Below, piece by piece: positions 39,181 through 48,899 of a DNA stretch of 64,000 bases. The notes below the pieces were generated by a model, which made no database searches, was not told where the DNA came from, and worked only from the letters and a program-made list of their open reading frames with translations. Origin of the DNA: Candidatus Roizmanbacteria bacterium. GTDB lineage: Bacteria > Patescibacteriota > Microgenomatia > UBA1406 > GWC2-37-13. Position 1 is the first letter of the stretch, and every line of letters starts with the position of its first letter. The DNA is taken from NCBI GenBank assembly GCA_016215445.1, contig JACRJL010000003.1, forward strand, positions 154,924 through 218,923. Direction: 5' to 3'. The position numbers and the translations under genes were made by a program.

Positions 39181-40656
39181 ATGTTTATTTTTGTTATCAC
39201 TATTTTTGGAGCGATACTTCGTTCAAGCAATATCTCTTTTCATAGACTTTATCCTGATTATTATCAAAACTTGATCGTTGCCCATAATATAAGTGAGTTT
39301 CATAGTGTTATAGGTTATTTAGGGAAAGAGGGGATGCTCTACCCGGATTTTTTTATGTGGACAAGGCCCATATACCCTTTAATAATCAATTTTTTTAATT
39401 TTTTCATTTCGAATATTGACAAAGCTGCTTTTATGACATCATTTACACTTGGTATTGTTTCGATTCCTTTAGTATATTTTTTTCTAAAAAAATTATTTAA
39501 CAATATCGGAATTGCTTTTTCTGGCGCGTTGCTTATTGCGATTTCTTTTAGCCACGTTGTCTGGGGAGGTTTTATGCTAACGGAAACTACGGGAGTTTTT
39601 TTTAGTTTATTACTTTTCATTAGCGTATTGAAAGGGCTTGAGAATAAGCCGCTCTTGGCAAACTCAAACGATTTGATTACAGGGTTACTGTTGGCTTTAG
39701 CCGTATTTACCCGTTATGAATATATTACTTTTATTGTTCCAATGATCTATCTCTACTTAACAAAAAATGAAAAACTTTATGTTCGAGTTATTAATATTGC
39801 TGTCTCATTTTTGTTTGTCGCTGCGTTAATAATTTATGAGTTATTTCCTTTAAAGTGGATTACGAAAATATTTCTTTCCCAAACAGATACATTTGCGAAA
39901 ATCGACATATTTTCAAAACCTCTCAATTTTCAGGGTGTTTGGACTTTTTTTAGACTGGATTTTTTCCTAGGAATAGCTTTTGTTTTTGGTATCATCTATC
40001 TGTTTAGGGTAAGGGTTTACCGTAAATATCTGTTTTTTGCTCTGCTTGGGATTTTCTCACTACTTCCATTTTATTATCGGATCAACCCGATGATGTATCG
40101 TTACGAGACCCACCTTTTGCCTTTTATTCTGATTCCGTCCAGCGTCGGGCTATATCAGTTACTTAAAGTTAGAGAAAAGTTAGGCTTGTTTATAAAAATG
40201 ATCTTATTTTTATTATTTATTTTTCAATGTTTTATTACTTGGAATGGAATGAAGAGTTGGAATCAAGGGGAATGGATGAGGTCAGGATATGATGAATCCG
40301 CCGCTAGAATAGTTTCATCTAAAATAGATCAGTCTAAGGATCTTCTTCTTGTTTCCTTTCCTGAACCTTACTATTTTTATAGCAGAGCTTCTGTTTACAG
40401 TGTCATTGACAAACCTCCATTCATTTATATACAGAAGGAGTTAGAAGACCGGAGGATTGTTATTGTTGTCGATATGGGGATGCACGATCTATTTCCGCGC
40501 TTCACTGCTCAAGTCAGAAGTCGTCTAAAAAAATATAAAAAAACAGAATTTAAGATCGATAAAACATATCATTTTGGAGATTATTCAATAAAAGAAAAAT
40601 ATCCAGTTGAAATGTATATTTTGACTGTGGGTCAGCTAAAAAGCTCATTGAAATAA
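39181..40656 (+). CDS. GT-C fold membrane glycosyltransferase (ArnT/PMT-like, GT39/83-like)
   Basis: 491 aa with more than 10 TM segments followed by a soluble C-terminal domain. Confidence 0.6.
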   Translation: MFIFVITIFGAILRSSNISFHRLYPDYYQNLIVAHNISEFHSVIGYLGKEGMLYPDFFMWTRPIYPLIINFFNFFISNIDKAAFMTSFTLGIVSIPLVYFFLKKLFNNIGIAFSGALLIAISFSHVVWGGFMLTETTGVFFSLLLFISVLKGLENKPLLANSNDLITGLLLALAVFTRYEYITFIVPMIYLYLTKNEKLYVRVINIAVSFLFVAALIIYELFPLKWITKIFLSQTDTFAKIDIFSKPLNFQGVWTFFRLDFFLGIAFVFGIIYLFRVRVYRKYLFFALLGIFSLLPFYYRINPMMYRYETHLLPFILIPSSVGLYQLLKVREKLGLFIKMILFLLFIFQCFITWNGMKSWNQGEWMRSGYDESAARIVSSKIDQSKDLLLVSFPEPYYFYSRASVYSVIDKPPFIYIQKELEDRRIVIVVDMGMHDLFPRFTAQVRSRLKKYKKTEFKIDKTYHFGDYSIKEKYPVEMYILTVGQLKSSLK

Positions 40657-40774
40657 CTATTGACGTTTCTTACATAAGTTTGGTATGCTTGTTTTACCGT
40701 TATCTTCAAGCATAAGTGAAAACTTAGTCGCCTCGTTTTCTTATGCTTAAATTACCAATTTTTTTGTAGATCCA

Positions 40775-41734
40775 ATGAAACTTATCGTACAAATTCCCTG
40801 TTTGAATGAAGAAAAAACATTACCTTTGGTTATCAAATCGATCCCGAAAAAAATTCCAGGAATCTCAAAAATTGAGATTCTTATTGTCGATGACGGATCA
40901 ACCGATAACACAGTAGAAATTGCCAAGAGACTCGGTGTAAATCATATTTTGCGCCATCTTGTCAATCGCGGCTTGGCAAAGTCATTTTCGGACGGATTGA
41001 ATGAGTCTCTCCGTCTTGGCGCCGATATCATAGTCAACACGGACGCAGATAACCAATATCCTCAAAAAGATATACCCCGATTGATTAATCCTATTATGCG
41101 GGGTGAAGCGGATATAGTCATTGCCAACAGACAAACTAACAAGATAAGACATTTTTCCGCTCTCAAAAAAATACTCCAGTGGGTGGGTAGTTCTACAGTA
41201 AGGTTTTTGTCGCATTCCAATATTCCAGATGCTGTTTCCGGATTTAGGGCTTATTCCAGATGGGCGGCAATGAGGATAAACGTCGTCTCTGACTTTTCTT
41301 ATGTTATAGAGACAATTATTCAGTCCCAGTCGAAAAGAATGGCGATTAAGAGTATAGACATAGTCACCAATCCGCCGACGCGGCCCTCACGGCTTTTTAA
41401 AAATATGCTTGAACATATTCGTCATTCTACGGCAACAATGATTCGTATCTATACGATGTACAGGCCTCTTTATGTTTTCGTCAATATAGGTGGTTTTATT
41501 TTTTTTGTAGGTTTATTGCTGGCGTTGAGATTTTTTTATTATTATCTGGCAGGTAATGGATCGGGTCATGTCCAGTCCGTCATCCTTTCAGCAATTCTCA
41601 TAATGGTTGGTTTTCAGATTGCTATGACTGGTATGGTAGCAGATTTAAATGCAATAAATAGAAAATTAATTGAAGACTGTCTTAAAAGAATCAAAGAGAT
41701 GGAATTAAGACAGCTAGGTGAACAAAAAATATGA
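40775..41734 (+). CDS. GT2 polyprenyl-phosphate glycosyltransferase (DPM1/GtrB-like) with 2 C-terminal TM segments
   Basis: IPCLNEE...DDGSTD...TDADNQ motifs and C-terminal TM helices. Confidence 0.88.
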   Translation: MKLIVQIPCLNEEKTLPLVIKSIPKKIPGISKIEILIVDDGSTDNTVEIAKRLGVNHILRHLVNRGLAKSFSDGLNESLRLGADIIVNTDADNQYPQKDIPRLINPIMRGEADIVIANRQTNKIRHFSALKKILQWVGSSTVRFLSHSNIPDAVSGFRAYSRWAAMRINVVSDFSYVIETIIQSQSKRMAIKSIDIVTNPPTRPSRLFKNMLEHIRHSTATMIRIYTMYRPLYVFVNIGGFIFFVGLLLALRFFYYYLAGNGSGHVQSVILSAILIMVGFQIAMTGMVADLNAINRKLIEDCLKRIKEMELRQLGEQKI

Positions 41735-42789
41735 AACGCTTCAAACTATTATATATAACGCGAAAATTTCCGCCGATGGTGGGAGGAATGGAAAAAGTCA
41801 GTTTTGCCTTATCCCGGGAATTTTCAAAGAAAGTCGATACGACTCTAATTTCCTGGGGAAGATCACAAAAATTTCTTCCTTATTTTTATTTTGTCGCTCT
41901 TTTGAAATCTTTGTACTTAGTCCCGGCCAAAAAAATTAGATACGTTCATATAGGCGATCCTATCCTTTCCCCGCTTGGACTTCTGCTGAAGATATTATTC
42001 AGAGTAAAAATTAGCATTACTGTTCACGGGCTTGATATTATTTTTGACTTTCCAGGATACCAGATTTTGATCCCAAGAATTGTTGGTTTATTCGACAAGA
42101 TATTCTGTATAAGTCAGGCAACAAAGGAAGAATGTATTAAGAGGGGAATTGATGACAAAAAGTGTTATGTCATACCCTGCGGTGTCTATCCTGAACAGTT
42201 TGAAATTAACTCTAGTAGACATGATCTCGAAAAAATAACTGGGGTAAAGCTCTCTGGCAAGAAAGTCATTATAACTGTCGGTCGACTGGTCAGAAGGAAA
42301 GGGGTTTATTGGTTTATCAAAAATGTTTTTTCCAGATTGGATAAAAATGTCATTTACTTGGTTATTGGGGAAGGACCCGAGCGGACAAGAATAGAAGAGT
42401 TTATCAAATCAGAAAAATTGAATCGAAGGATCTTTCTCTTGGGAAAAATCTCCGACAACAGACTGAAAATTATTTATAACACGGCTGATTTATTTATCAT
42501 GCCCAATATTAAAGTTAGAGACAGTTTTGAGGGTTTCGGAATTGTTGCCATCGAAGCCTCAAGTGTCGGACTTCCTGTTGTTGCTTCCAACATTGAAGGA
42601 ATAAGAGACGCCGTCATCGACGGTAAAACAGGTTTTCTGGTTGAACCACTATCTTCATTGAAGTGGAAATCTAAAATAGAAGAAATTCTTGGTAAAAATA
42701 ACAGTGACAAAAAAATAATTTCCGAGATTGTTAAAGATAAATTTTCTTGGAGAAAACTCGCCGGAAGATATCTGAAAATAATTATATGA
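41731..42789 (+). CDS. GT4 family (GT-B) glycosyltransferase
   Basis: EGFGIVAIEASSVGLPVVAS (E-X7-E region). Confidence 0.88.
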   Translation: MKRFKLLYITRKFPPMVGGMEKVSFALSREFSKKVDTTLISWGRSQKFLPYFYFVALLKSLYLVPAKKIRYVHIGDPILSPLGLLLKILFRVKISITVHGLDIIFDFPGYQILIPRIVGLFDKIFCISQATKEECIKRGIDDKKCYVIPCGVYPEQFEINSSRHDLEKITGVKLSGKKVIITVGRLVRRKGVYWFIKNVFSRLDKNVIYLVIGEGPERTRIEEFIKSEKLNRRIFLLGKISDNRLKIIYNTADLFIMPNIKVRDSFEGFGIVAIEASSVGLPVVASNIEGIRDAVIDGKTGFLVEPLSSLKWKSKIEEILGKNNSDKKIISEIVKDKFSWRKLAGRYLKIII

Positions 42790-44393
42790 ACAGTTTAAAA
42801 AACACAGTTTTATTAATACTAATATTTATTTTTTCCGCCGCTTATCTTTTTGTTTCTTTAAAAATTCCAGTTGATGGAGACGGCGCCCTCCACGCCGGAA
42901 CTATTGAAGTTATTAAAGAAAAAGGAAGACTGATAAGTTTTCATCCCTTAACTTTGACGGAAGGATCCAGTAAACTGCCGATTTTTTATCCGAAACTTTT
43001 CTATACGACAATGACGGCCATATCACTTTTAATTGGGACAACAACATATAACGCGGTCGTCCCAATTTTTGGAGTCTTAATTGGGCTTTTTGTTTTTTTA
43101 ATCGCCAGGTTTTTATTTAAAAATTTTTATAGTTCAATACTTTCGTCTTTGATCGCTTTTTCAAGTTATGGATTGATTACCAATTCGGTCGATATGTTTA
43201 GAATGGAGACAATGGTGATTTTATTAGTTTTGGCGTCAATATATTGCTTACTCCGTTATACGGAAACGAAGTCGAAGATCTGGTTTTCTCTTTCAATAAT
43301 ATTTTTCGCTGCTTGTTTGGGGACAAAACAACAAGCCTATATTTATGCACCGATATTCCCATTACTTATTTTTAACAGGTTAGAGTCTTCTTTTATAAAA
43401 AAACTAATAATGACGGTGCTGTTTTTTTTATTTTGTTTTATTCTGGTAGCGCCCATTGTCTTGGAGGAGTTTTTATCGACTGGGACATTTTTTTATCCGG
43501 GTGTGCCGTTGATCGGCCGTATCGAAAAGATCATAGCTGATTTGTTTAATGTTAATCTTTATTCGGTTGGCGCCGGGTGGGTAAAATATGGCGTCGGTTC
43601 GGAAAGGATTGCCAATCTTAAGGAGCAGTTTAGCCAGCCTTATAATCATTTACTGTTTCTTAATCCTTTTTACACCGAAACAAAAGATTCATTATTAGCA
43701 TCATCTTTTTATATTCCTTTATTTTTATTTGGTTGTTTGTTGCTTCTTAAAAAATATTATTCTTTGGTGATATTTATTATTTTTCAACAAGTTCTTCTTT
43801 TTATTCAACCGTTGGAAAGATATTTTTTGTTAAATCAGATATTTGCTGCCCTAATTATAGGAGGATGCCTAGTTTTTTTTGAAAAAAAAACTCACAGGAA
43901 CTATTTAATAAAAATATTATTTATTATGGTAATCGTGGTTTTTTCTGTAATTTCATCTGTTTCTGTTTTATCTGAATCGTTGAAGATTCCGGATTATTCA
44001 CAGGATAAGTATGTGCCAGGACGGATCAAGGCAGAGGAGGACGCAGGACAGTGGTTGGCAAATAATACAGAGCTTGATTCTGTCATCGTTACGCCTCGCA
44101 CCCATGTATTTTCATATTATTCAAGACGACAAGCCCTTTGGATAAATCAACTGGGAGGAGAAGAAATTTATGAGGCTTTTTTAGATAACGACGTTGATAG
44201 TATCCATAAAATCAGTCGTCAATATAGTCATAGTTATTTGGTTATACCGCAATACTGGATTATAGACGGTCAGGCGGAAGGAAAATGGATTTCTTATTTG
44301 GAAAAACAAACCGTCAGTAGTATCGGTGAAAGAAAAGAATATTTTCAAAAAGTTTATTCCAATAAGTTGGTTGACGTTTATAAAACGCTTTAA
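42786..44393 (+). CDS. GT-C fold membrane glycosyltransferase-like protein
   Basis: Polytopic N-terminal region plus a soluble C-terminus. Start set at MNSLKNT (42786), overlapping the GT4 stop. Confidence 0.55.
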   Translation: MNSLKNTVLLILIFIFSAAYLFVSLKIPVDGDGALHAGTIEVIKEKGRLISFHPLTLTEGSSKLPIFYPKLFYTTMTAISLLIGTTTYNAVVPIFGVLIGLFVFLIARFLFKNFYSSILSSLIAFSSYGLITNSVDMFRMETMVILLVLASIYCLLRYTETKSKIWFSLSIIFFAACLGTKQQAYIYAPIFPLLIFNRLESSFIKKLIMTVLFFLFCFILVAPIVLEEFLSTGTFFYPGVPLIGRIEKIIADLFNVNLYSVGAGWVKYGVGSERIANLKEQFSQPYNHLLFLNPFYTETKDSLLASSFYIPLFLFGCLLLLKKYYSLVIFIIFQQVLLFIQPLERYFLLNQIFAALIIGGCLVFFEKKTHRNYLIKILFIMVIVVFSVISSVSVLSESLKIPDYSQDKYVPGRIKAEEDAGQWLANNTELDSVIVTPRTHVFSYYSRRQALWINQLGGEEIYEAFLDNDVDSIHKISRQYSHSYLVIPQYWIIDGQAEGKWISYLEKQTVSSIGERKEYFQKVYSNKLVDVYKTL

Positions 44394-44394
44394 G

Positions 44395-45867
44395 ATGAAA
44401 AATTTAAACATTACAAAAAGAGTGGCTCGATTTATTTCAATTTTTATTATGGCTGTTCTTTTTTCCTATCTTTATTTTCAGAATCTGGCTCCTTTAGGGG
44501 TTCGAGCAAAATATTCATTAAAAGACCAAACGACTTTATTGACTTTCAGACCAAAAAAAAGAGTGATTACAGAGAAACTAAACGGCCAAATAGTCCATCG
44601 CCAAATCGAAGACTTCCTCTATTTTGAAACACCGTCACTTTACGACTATGATTCAGCCATTGTAAAAATTCAGTTTTACAATCCTTATCCTAATCAGGAT
44701 ATAATACTTGGTTTTCAAGATAAAGAAAGCTGGCACTATAAAAGCAAATACATTGATTCGCCATATCTTAATGATCTTCCTATGGTTAGGACAGGAAACG
44801 AACCTTATTTGTTTCAAAAGCAAATTGAGTTCAATAATATCAATACTTTTTTTTCTAATTTCCCTAAAGATAAGGTGATCGGGATTTTTGATTTTGACAA
44901 CTTATCTATATATAATCGCAATACTACGATTGAAGGTTACAAGCCAGCATTAATCGATACTGTAATTGATACACCATTGAGGGGACGTCATGTTTTCTAT
45001 GCTTACTTAGATAAGGAACCGTTTAAAATGACCGTTACAAAACAAGACTTGAATTGGTATGAGGATCCTGATGTTTTAGATATTAAAATTTATAAGGAGA
45101 ATGATAAGGTCTATGAAGCAGTTGTAGATGATGACGGAGTATCAAGTGCCAGCCATAAAGTCATGCCTTCCCAAGAGGTTACAATCGAAAATCCCGGCCC
45201 GGATTTGCCCGAATCTGGAGTTTATAAGATTGTTTTTGAGGCCACTGAAGACATTATTATTAAGTCAATCAGGACCAATTTACACAAACTTGTTTTTGAA
45301 GGGAAAATTTTCCCTGTTGCCAATACGGATGTTTATCCAAAAATAATCGATAAATCTTCGGCAACAAACATTATTACAAATTCTAAAATCATTTCCGCTT
45401 TGACTCATCATAAGGATTCGACGCAGTCAGCGCGGTTTGCCGGAGAAGAATTCAATATAGATAAGATAGGAATAGAAACAACTATGGAAGTGGCGACAGA
45501 ATCTAGTCTTTTATTAATAGATCTGTCAAAAAGCGACTTGATTCTGAAAGGTTTTTTGGGATATTTTTCTTTTTCTCCTGAGCAGTTCTTTAAACCGACG
45601 GAAAACAGGATATTACCAATTAACAGTCAAAAAGACGCCTATATGTCGGACTTTATTATTACTAACTATCATCCATCTTTAAAGGCAGGGGATTGGAGGA
45701 TGAACGAATATGTTTTCGACCTTGATTCCAAGTATGTCAAAGACAATAATTTAAGTTGGATTATCAAAGCACCAGGATTGAAGGATGATAAAAGATCATT
45801 TTTGATAAATGATATAGAAGTAACTTTAATTAAAAAACCATTCTTAGAAAAACTATGGAAAAAATAA
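44395..45867 (+). CDS. membrane-anchored hypothetical protein (about 490 aa)
   Basis: One N-terminal TM helix and a large beta-rich ectodomain. I recognise no family. Confidence 0.6.
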   Translation: MKNLNITKRVARFISIFIMAVLFSYLYFQNLAPLGVRAKYSLKDQTTLLTFRPKKRVITEKLNGQIVHRQIEDFLYFETPSLYDYDSAIVKIQFYNPYPNQDIILGFQDKESWHYKSKYIDSPYLNDLPMVRTGNEPYLFQKQIEFNNINTFFSNFPKDKVIGIFDFDNLSIYNRNTTIEGYKPALIDTVIDTPLRGRHVFYAYLDKEPFKMTVTKQDLNWYEDPDVLDIKIYKENDKVYEAVVDDDGVSSASHKVMPSQEVTIENPGPDLPESGVYKIVFEATEDIIIKSIRTNLHKLVFEGKIFPVANTDVYPKIIDKSSATNIITNSKIISALTHHKDSTQSARFAGEEFNIDKIGIETTMEVATESSLLLIDLSKSDLILKGFLGYFSFSPEQFFKPTENRILPINSQKDAYMSDFIITNYHPSLKAGDWRMNEYVFDLDSKYVKDNNLSWIIKAPGLKDDKRSFLINDIEVTLIKKPFLEKLWKK

Positions 45868-46130
45868 TATTACTTATATATATACTATTTCTCCCCGGAT
45901 TTTCCTTATCCCACTCTTTTTTTAAGGGAAAGGAGATAGACCTTGCTGAGAGGATAGGACTTTCCATAGTCTTATCATTGTCTCTTATTTCTTTTATGAC
46001 ATTTTATCTTTATCTTGTTGGAGTCAAAGTAAAGAAGGACACTATCATTATTGAGGCGGGCCTAATCATTATTATTGGACTGCTATTTTATTTTGTCAGA
46101 CTATTTATAAATAGAAAAAATAGTAAATAA
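45855..46130 (+). CDS. small membrane protein
   Basis: 91 aa with 3 TM segments, overlap-coupled on both sides. Confidence 0.55.
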   Translation: MEKIILLIYILFLPGFSLSHSFFKGKEIDLAERIGLSIVLSLSLISFMTFYLYLVGVKVKKDTIIIEAGLIIIIGLLFYFVRLFINRKNSK

Positions 46131-46675
46131 TGAAAATATTTATCAATATTATTGCCGAAGAATTCTTTCACAGCTTTTTTTTCAGTTTTCTTTTTCTTTT
46201 ACTGATAGAAACAAGCAAGAAGGGATTTGTCAGTCATTTTTTTAATCTGAACTATCTTCTTGCGGTCATATTGATAAGTGGATTTATGATGATAATTACA
46301 GAACCGCAAAAAAAAGTTACTTATATTAAACAAGCAACGGAATCTGACTGGCTGAATGTTTTAATAATAAGCCTTATCGGCGGTTTTTTAGTTTTTGAAA
46401 AAACAAAACAGCTAGGAAAAATCTCCTTGATAGTTTCTATATTTACAGTATTTTTCATATTTTTTCTTTCGGCGCTGATTTTTATCGAAAGTTCGATGCA
46501 AGGAGAGACCTTTTCAATAGCTTTATTGAAAAGAAGATTGCCGATTTCACCTTATTTATTAAACTTTCTCGTCCAACTCGACATTATTGACAGATTGACG
46601 TTTTACAAGATTCTTCATTCAGTTTATAAGCAAGAATACTCCAAAAAACACCGCCCAATTACCAAAGGTAATTAG
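46130..46675 (+). CDS. membrane protein
   Basis: 181 aa with 4 TM segments. Confidence 0.55.
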   Translation: MKIFINIIAEEFFHSFFFSFLFLLLIETSKKGFVSHFFNLNYLLAVILISGFMMIITEPQKKVTYIKQATESDWLNVLIISLIGGFLVFEKTKQLGKISLIVSIFTVFFIFFLSALIFIESSMQGETFSIALLKRRLPISPYLLNFLVQLDIIDRLTFYKILHSVYKQEYSKKHRPITKGN

Positions 46676-46694
46676 GCGATGTGGTGTTTTTTTT
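46643..46694. terminator. bidirectional intrinsic terminator
   Basis: An A-run, then CACCGCC..AATTACC-aaa-GGTAATT..GGCGATGTGGTG, then T8, lying between convergent genes. Confidence 0.6.
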
Positions 46695-46705
46695 ACTACT
46701 CGTCG

Positions 46706-46984
46706 TTAGTCTTCATTTTCTTCCTCATCATCCTCGTGTTCAGGTAATTCCGAGTGTCCCGGAGGTCCGGTGTGGGTATGGTGGTCGTCGCCAAAACCCC
46801 AACCCGGTTTGACTGAATTTCCCGGAGGTCCGGTGTGGGTATGATTATCATCACCGTTACCCCAACCTGGTCTCGTCCCGCCTGAATGCGAGTTACCGGC
46901 AACAACACTTCGCCCAACAAGGGCTAAAGCGGCTGCAAGAAGACCGACGACAATCAAAACCCTTAATTTTTTCATCGTTTTCAC
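46706..46984 (-). CDS. secreted His-rich tandem-repeat peptide with acidic tail
   Basis: Signal peptide, two copies of PGWG(N/F)GDD(N/H)HTHTGPPG(N/H)S, and EHEDDEEENED. Strong AAGGGGGTGA SD. Confidence 0.75.
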   Translation of the reverse strand: MKTMKKLRVLIVVGLLAAALALVGRSVVAGNSHSGGTRPGWGNGDDNHTHTGPPGNSVKPGWGFGDDHHTHTGPPGHSELPEHEDDEEENED

Positions 46985-47115
46985 CCCCTTTCTTAGAAGA
47001 ATTTAAAATGTCAAGCTTATAGCTTAAGGGTGTTTTATTAGATAAAAGAAAGAAAAGAGTAATAAATACGTAAGACAGGTTTTTTTGACGGGTTTACGTT
47101 TATAATGGTTTTAGG

Positions 47116-47811
47116 ATGAAGATTAAAAACACATTTATCTGGATAATTTTTTTAATTTTCGGAGTTATATCTTTTGTTTTTTATTTAAATACTAATAAGC
47201 CGAAAGTCAAAACTGGGATGATAAAATATGTTGCGATTGGTGATTCTTATACGATTGGTTTAGGGGTTGACGAGAAAGACAGCTGGCCGAATATTTTGAC
47301 AAACCATCTTAAAGAGGAAGGAATAGATATTGATTTGGTTGCCAATCCTGCTGTTTCCGGCTATTTGGTCCGTCATGCAATCGAGTCTGAACTGCCAATC
47401 GTAGAAAAGATAAAGCCGGATTTAGTAACAGTACTAATTGGAGCTAACGACAGCTTTGGTCGAAAAGAAGCGACAGTCTACCATAAAGAACTAATAGATC
47501 TTCTCGATAGATTGCAACCATTGTTGACCAATCCAAAAAATATTGTTTTGTTGACGATTCCCGACTATACAGTATCAGTGGCTTACAGGGAGTATGAAAA
47601 AGCGGAGTTTTCAGAATTAATTGGAGAATATAACCAAGTAATTAAAGAAGAGACAGATAAAAGAGGTCTCAAAGTGGCTGATATCTTTCCAGTTAGTCAA
47701 ACCATGAATAAAAAAGAAGACTATGTTTTCGATGGTCTTCACCCTTCAGCCCAAAGTTATGACCGGTGGGAATCCGCAATATTTCCGGTTGTCCGAAGTC
47801 TTTTTCCTTGA
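47116..47811 (+). CDS. SGNH/GDSL hydrolase
   Basis: AIGDSYT, GANDS and DGLHPS blocks, with an N-terminal anchor. Confidence 0.88.
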   Translation: MKIKNTFIWIIFLIFGVISFVFYLNTNKPKVKTGMIKYVAIGDSYTIGLGVDEKDSWPNILTNHLKEEGIDIDLVANPAVSGYLVRHAIESELPIVEKIKPDLVTVLIGANDSFGRKEATVYHKELIDLLDRLQPLLTNPKNIVLLTIPDYTVSVAYREYEKAEFSELIGEYNQVIKEETDKRGLKVADIFPVSQTMNKKEDYVFDGLHPSAQSYDRWESAIFPVVRSLFP

Positions 47812-48047
47812 ACTAAAGCTTCCTTTTTAGACTTTGGCCATTTCTTGATTTCTATTTCCCGCTTCATTGCTTCTTGTAAAGTGGTGAGTTCTTCGAAATA
47901 TACTAATTCAACGGGAGTTTTCCCGCGAAGATATTTGGCAGATTTTTTTTTGTCAAAATTGTGCTCATTAACTCTTCTTTTCAAATTATTTGTTTGGCCG
48001 CAGTAGAGAGAACTATCGGCGCAACGGAGAATATAAAAATAATACAT
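47757..48047 (-). CDS. GIY-YIG nuclease family protein (YhbQ/UPF0213-like)
   Basis: YYFYILRCADSSLYCGQTNNLKRRVNEHN. Start set at ATG 48047. Confidence 0.85.
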   Translation of the reverse strand: MYYFYILRCADSSLYCGQTNNLKRRVNEHNFDKKKSAKYLRGKTPVELVYFEELTTLQEAMKREIEIKKWPKSKKEALVQGKRLRTTGNIADSHRS

Positions 48048-48084
48048 GTTGAGCGGGTCGGTCAGGACCCGATTGATCCTTAAT

Positions 48085-48861
48085 TTACCTTTTACCCAAT
48101 AGAGTATCAAGATGTGATACTTGAACTGGAATCGCCTCAATAAAAGTTTTAGGCCATTTTAAGATACTGTCTCTCATTTCCTTATAAAACTCATTACTGT
48201 TTGGCCATCCTAGAACTACTGTTGAAGCAGTCGAAAATAGATTATTACCTATGTTTCGATTTGGGTCAAAAATTCTTGTTAATGCTGTTTCTGTAAGTTG
48301 TTCTGGTTTTAATTTACCTTTATCGTTTTCTATTAGGTATTTATCTACATCTTTTATCATTTCCATTGCAAAATCTACTCTTCCTTGAGATAAGTAAGCG
48401 GTTATTATATAGTCAAAATCAGATTGAGACATTTTTCCTTGAAAAGATCTAATTTCCGAAGAAATCTCCATAGGCTCTTTATCCAAAAGAGAAGAGAGAG
48501 TATTGCCTAATTGTTCTTCACTTAATCCATCCTTATATTGTTTATTACCGCTTCGGTCAAATCCTAAAAATTGTTTTGCACCTACAACAATATCATACAT
48601 TCTCACATAAGATTCCGGCTTCATTTGTAGATCCGTGTTCCTTGGTCTTTGTTTTGCGACTCTTGTCATAAAAAAATTATCAAAGCCTCTTAAGGAGTTT
48701 AAATCACTTAAACTCATACTGAGTTCGTGGTTTGCATCCGATCCCATATCGCCAAATATAGTTTTTTGAAGGTCTGCGACTTTTGGAGGAGAGCCGGCTT
48801 TAGTATTTATATAACGAAATTTATAATTTGGAGTTCCACCAGGGGTTTCTACTGGATGCAT
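48085..48861 (-). CDS. hypothetical soluble protein (orphan)
   Basis: 258-aa ORF with no TM segment and no recognisable motif. By eye it is more AT-rich than its neighbours. Confidence 0.6.
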   Translation of the reverse strand: MHPVETPGGTPNYKFRYINTKAGSPPKVADLQKTIFGDMGSDANHELSMSLSDLNSLRGFDNFFMTRVAKQRPRNTDLQMKPESYVRMYDIVVGAKQFLGFDRSGNKQYKDGLSEEQLGNTLSSLLDKEPMEISSEIRSFQGKMSQSDFDYIITAYLSQGRVDFAMEMIKDVDKYLIENDKGKLKPEQLTETALTRIFDPNRNIGNNLFSTASTVVLGWPNSNEFYKEMRDSILKWPKTFIEAIPVQVSHLDTLLGKR

Positions 48862-48899
48862 GAAAATATTATATGTTCAATTTTTTTATAAGTCAATTG

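Noticed and set aside
46740-46900. Tandem DNA repeat that could be mistaken for a CRISPR or minisatellite
   Set aside because: There are only two 63-nt units, in frame, inside a CDS with a signal peptide and SD. It is a coding repeat, not a CRISPR array.
47757-48140. 127-aa version of the GIY-YIG ORF
   Set aside because: The GIY-YIG core starts at MYYFYILRC (ATG 48047). The upstream 31 codons have no homology pattern and would overlap the preceding gene.
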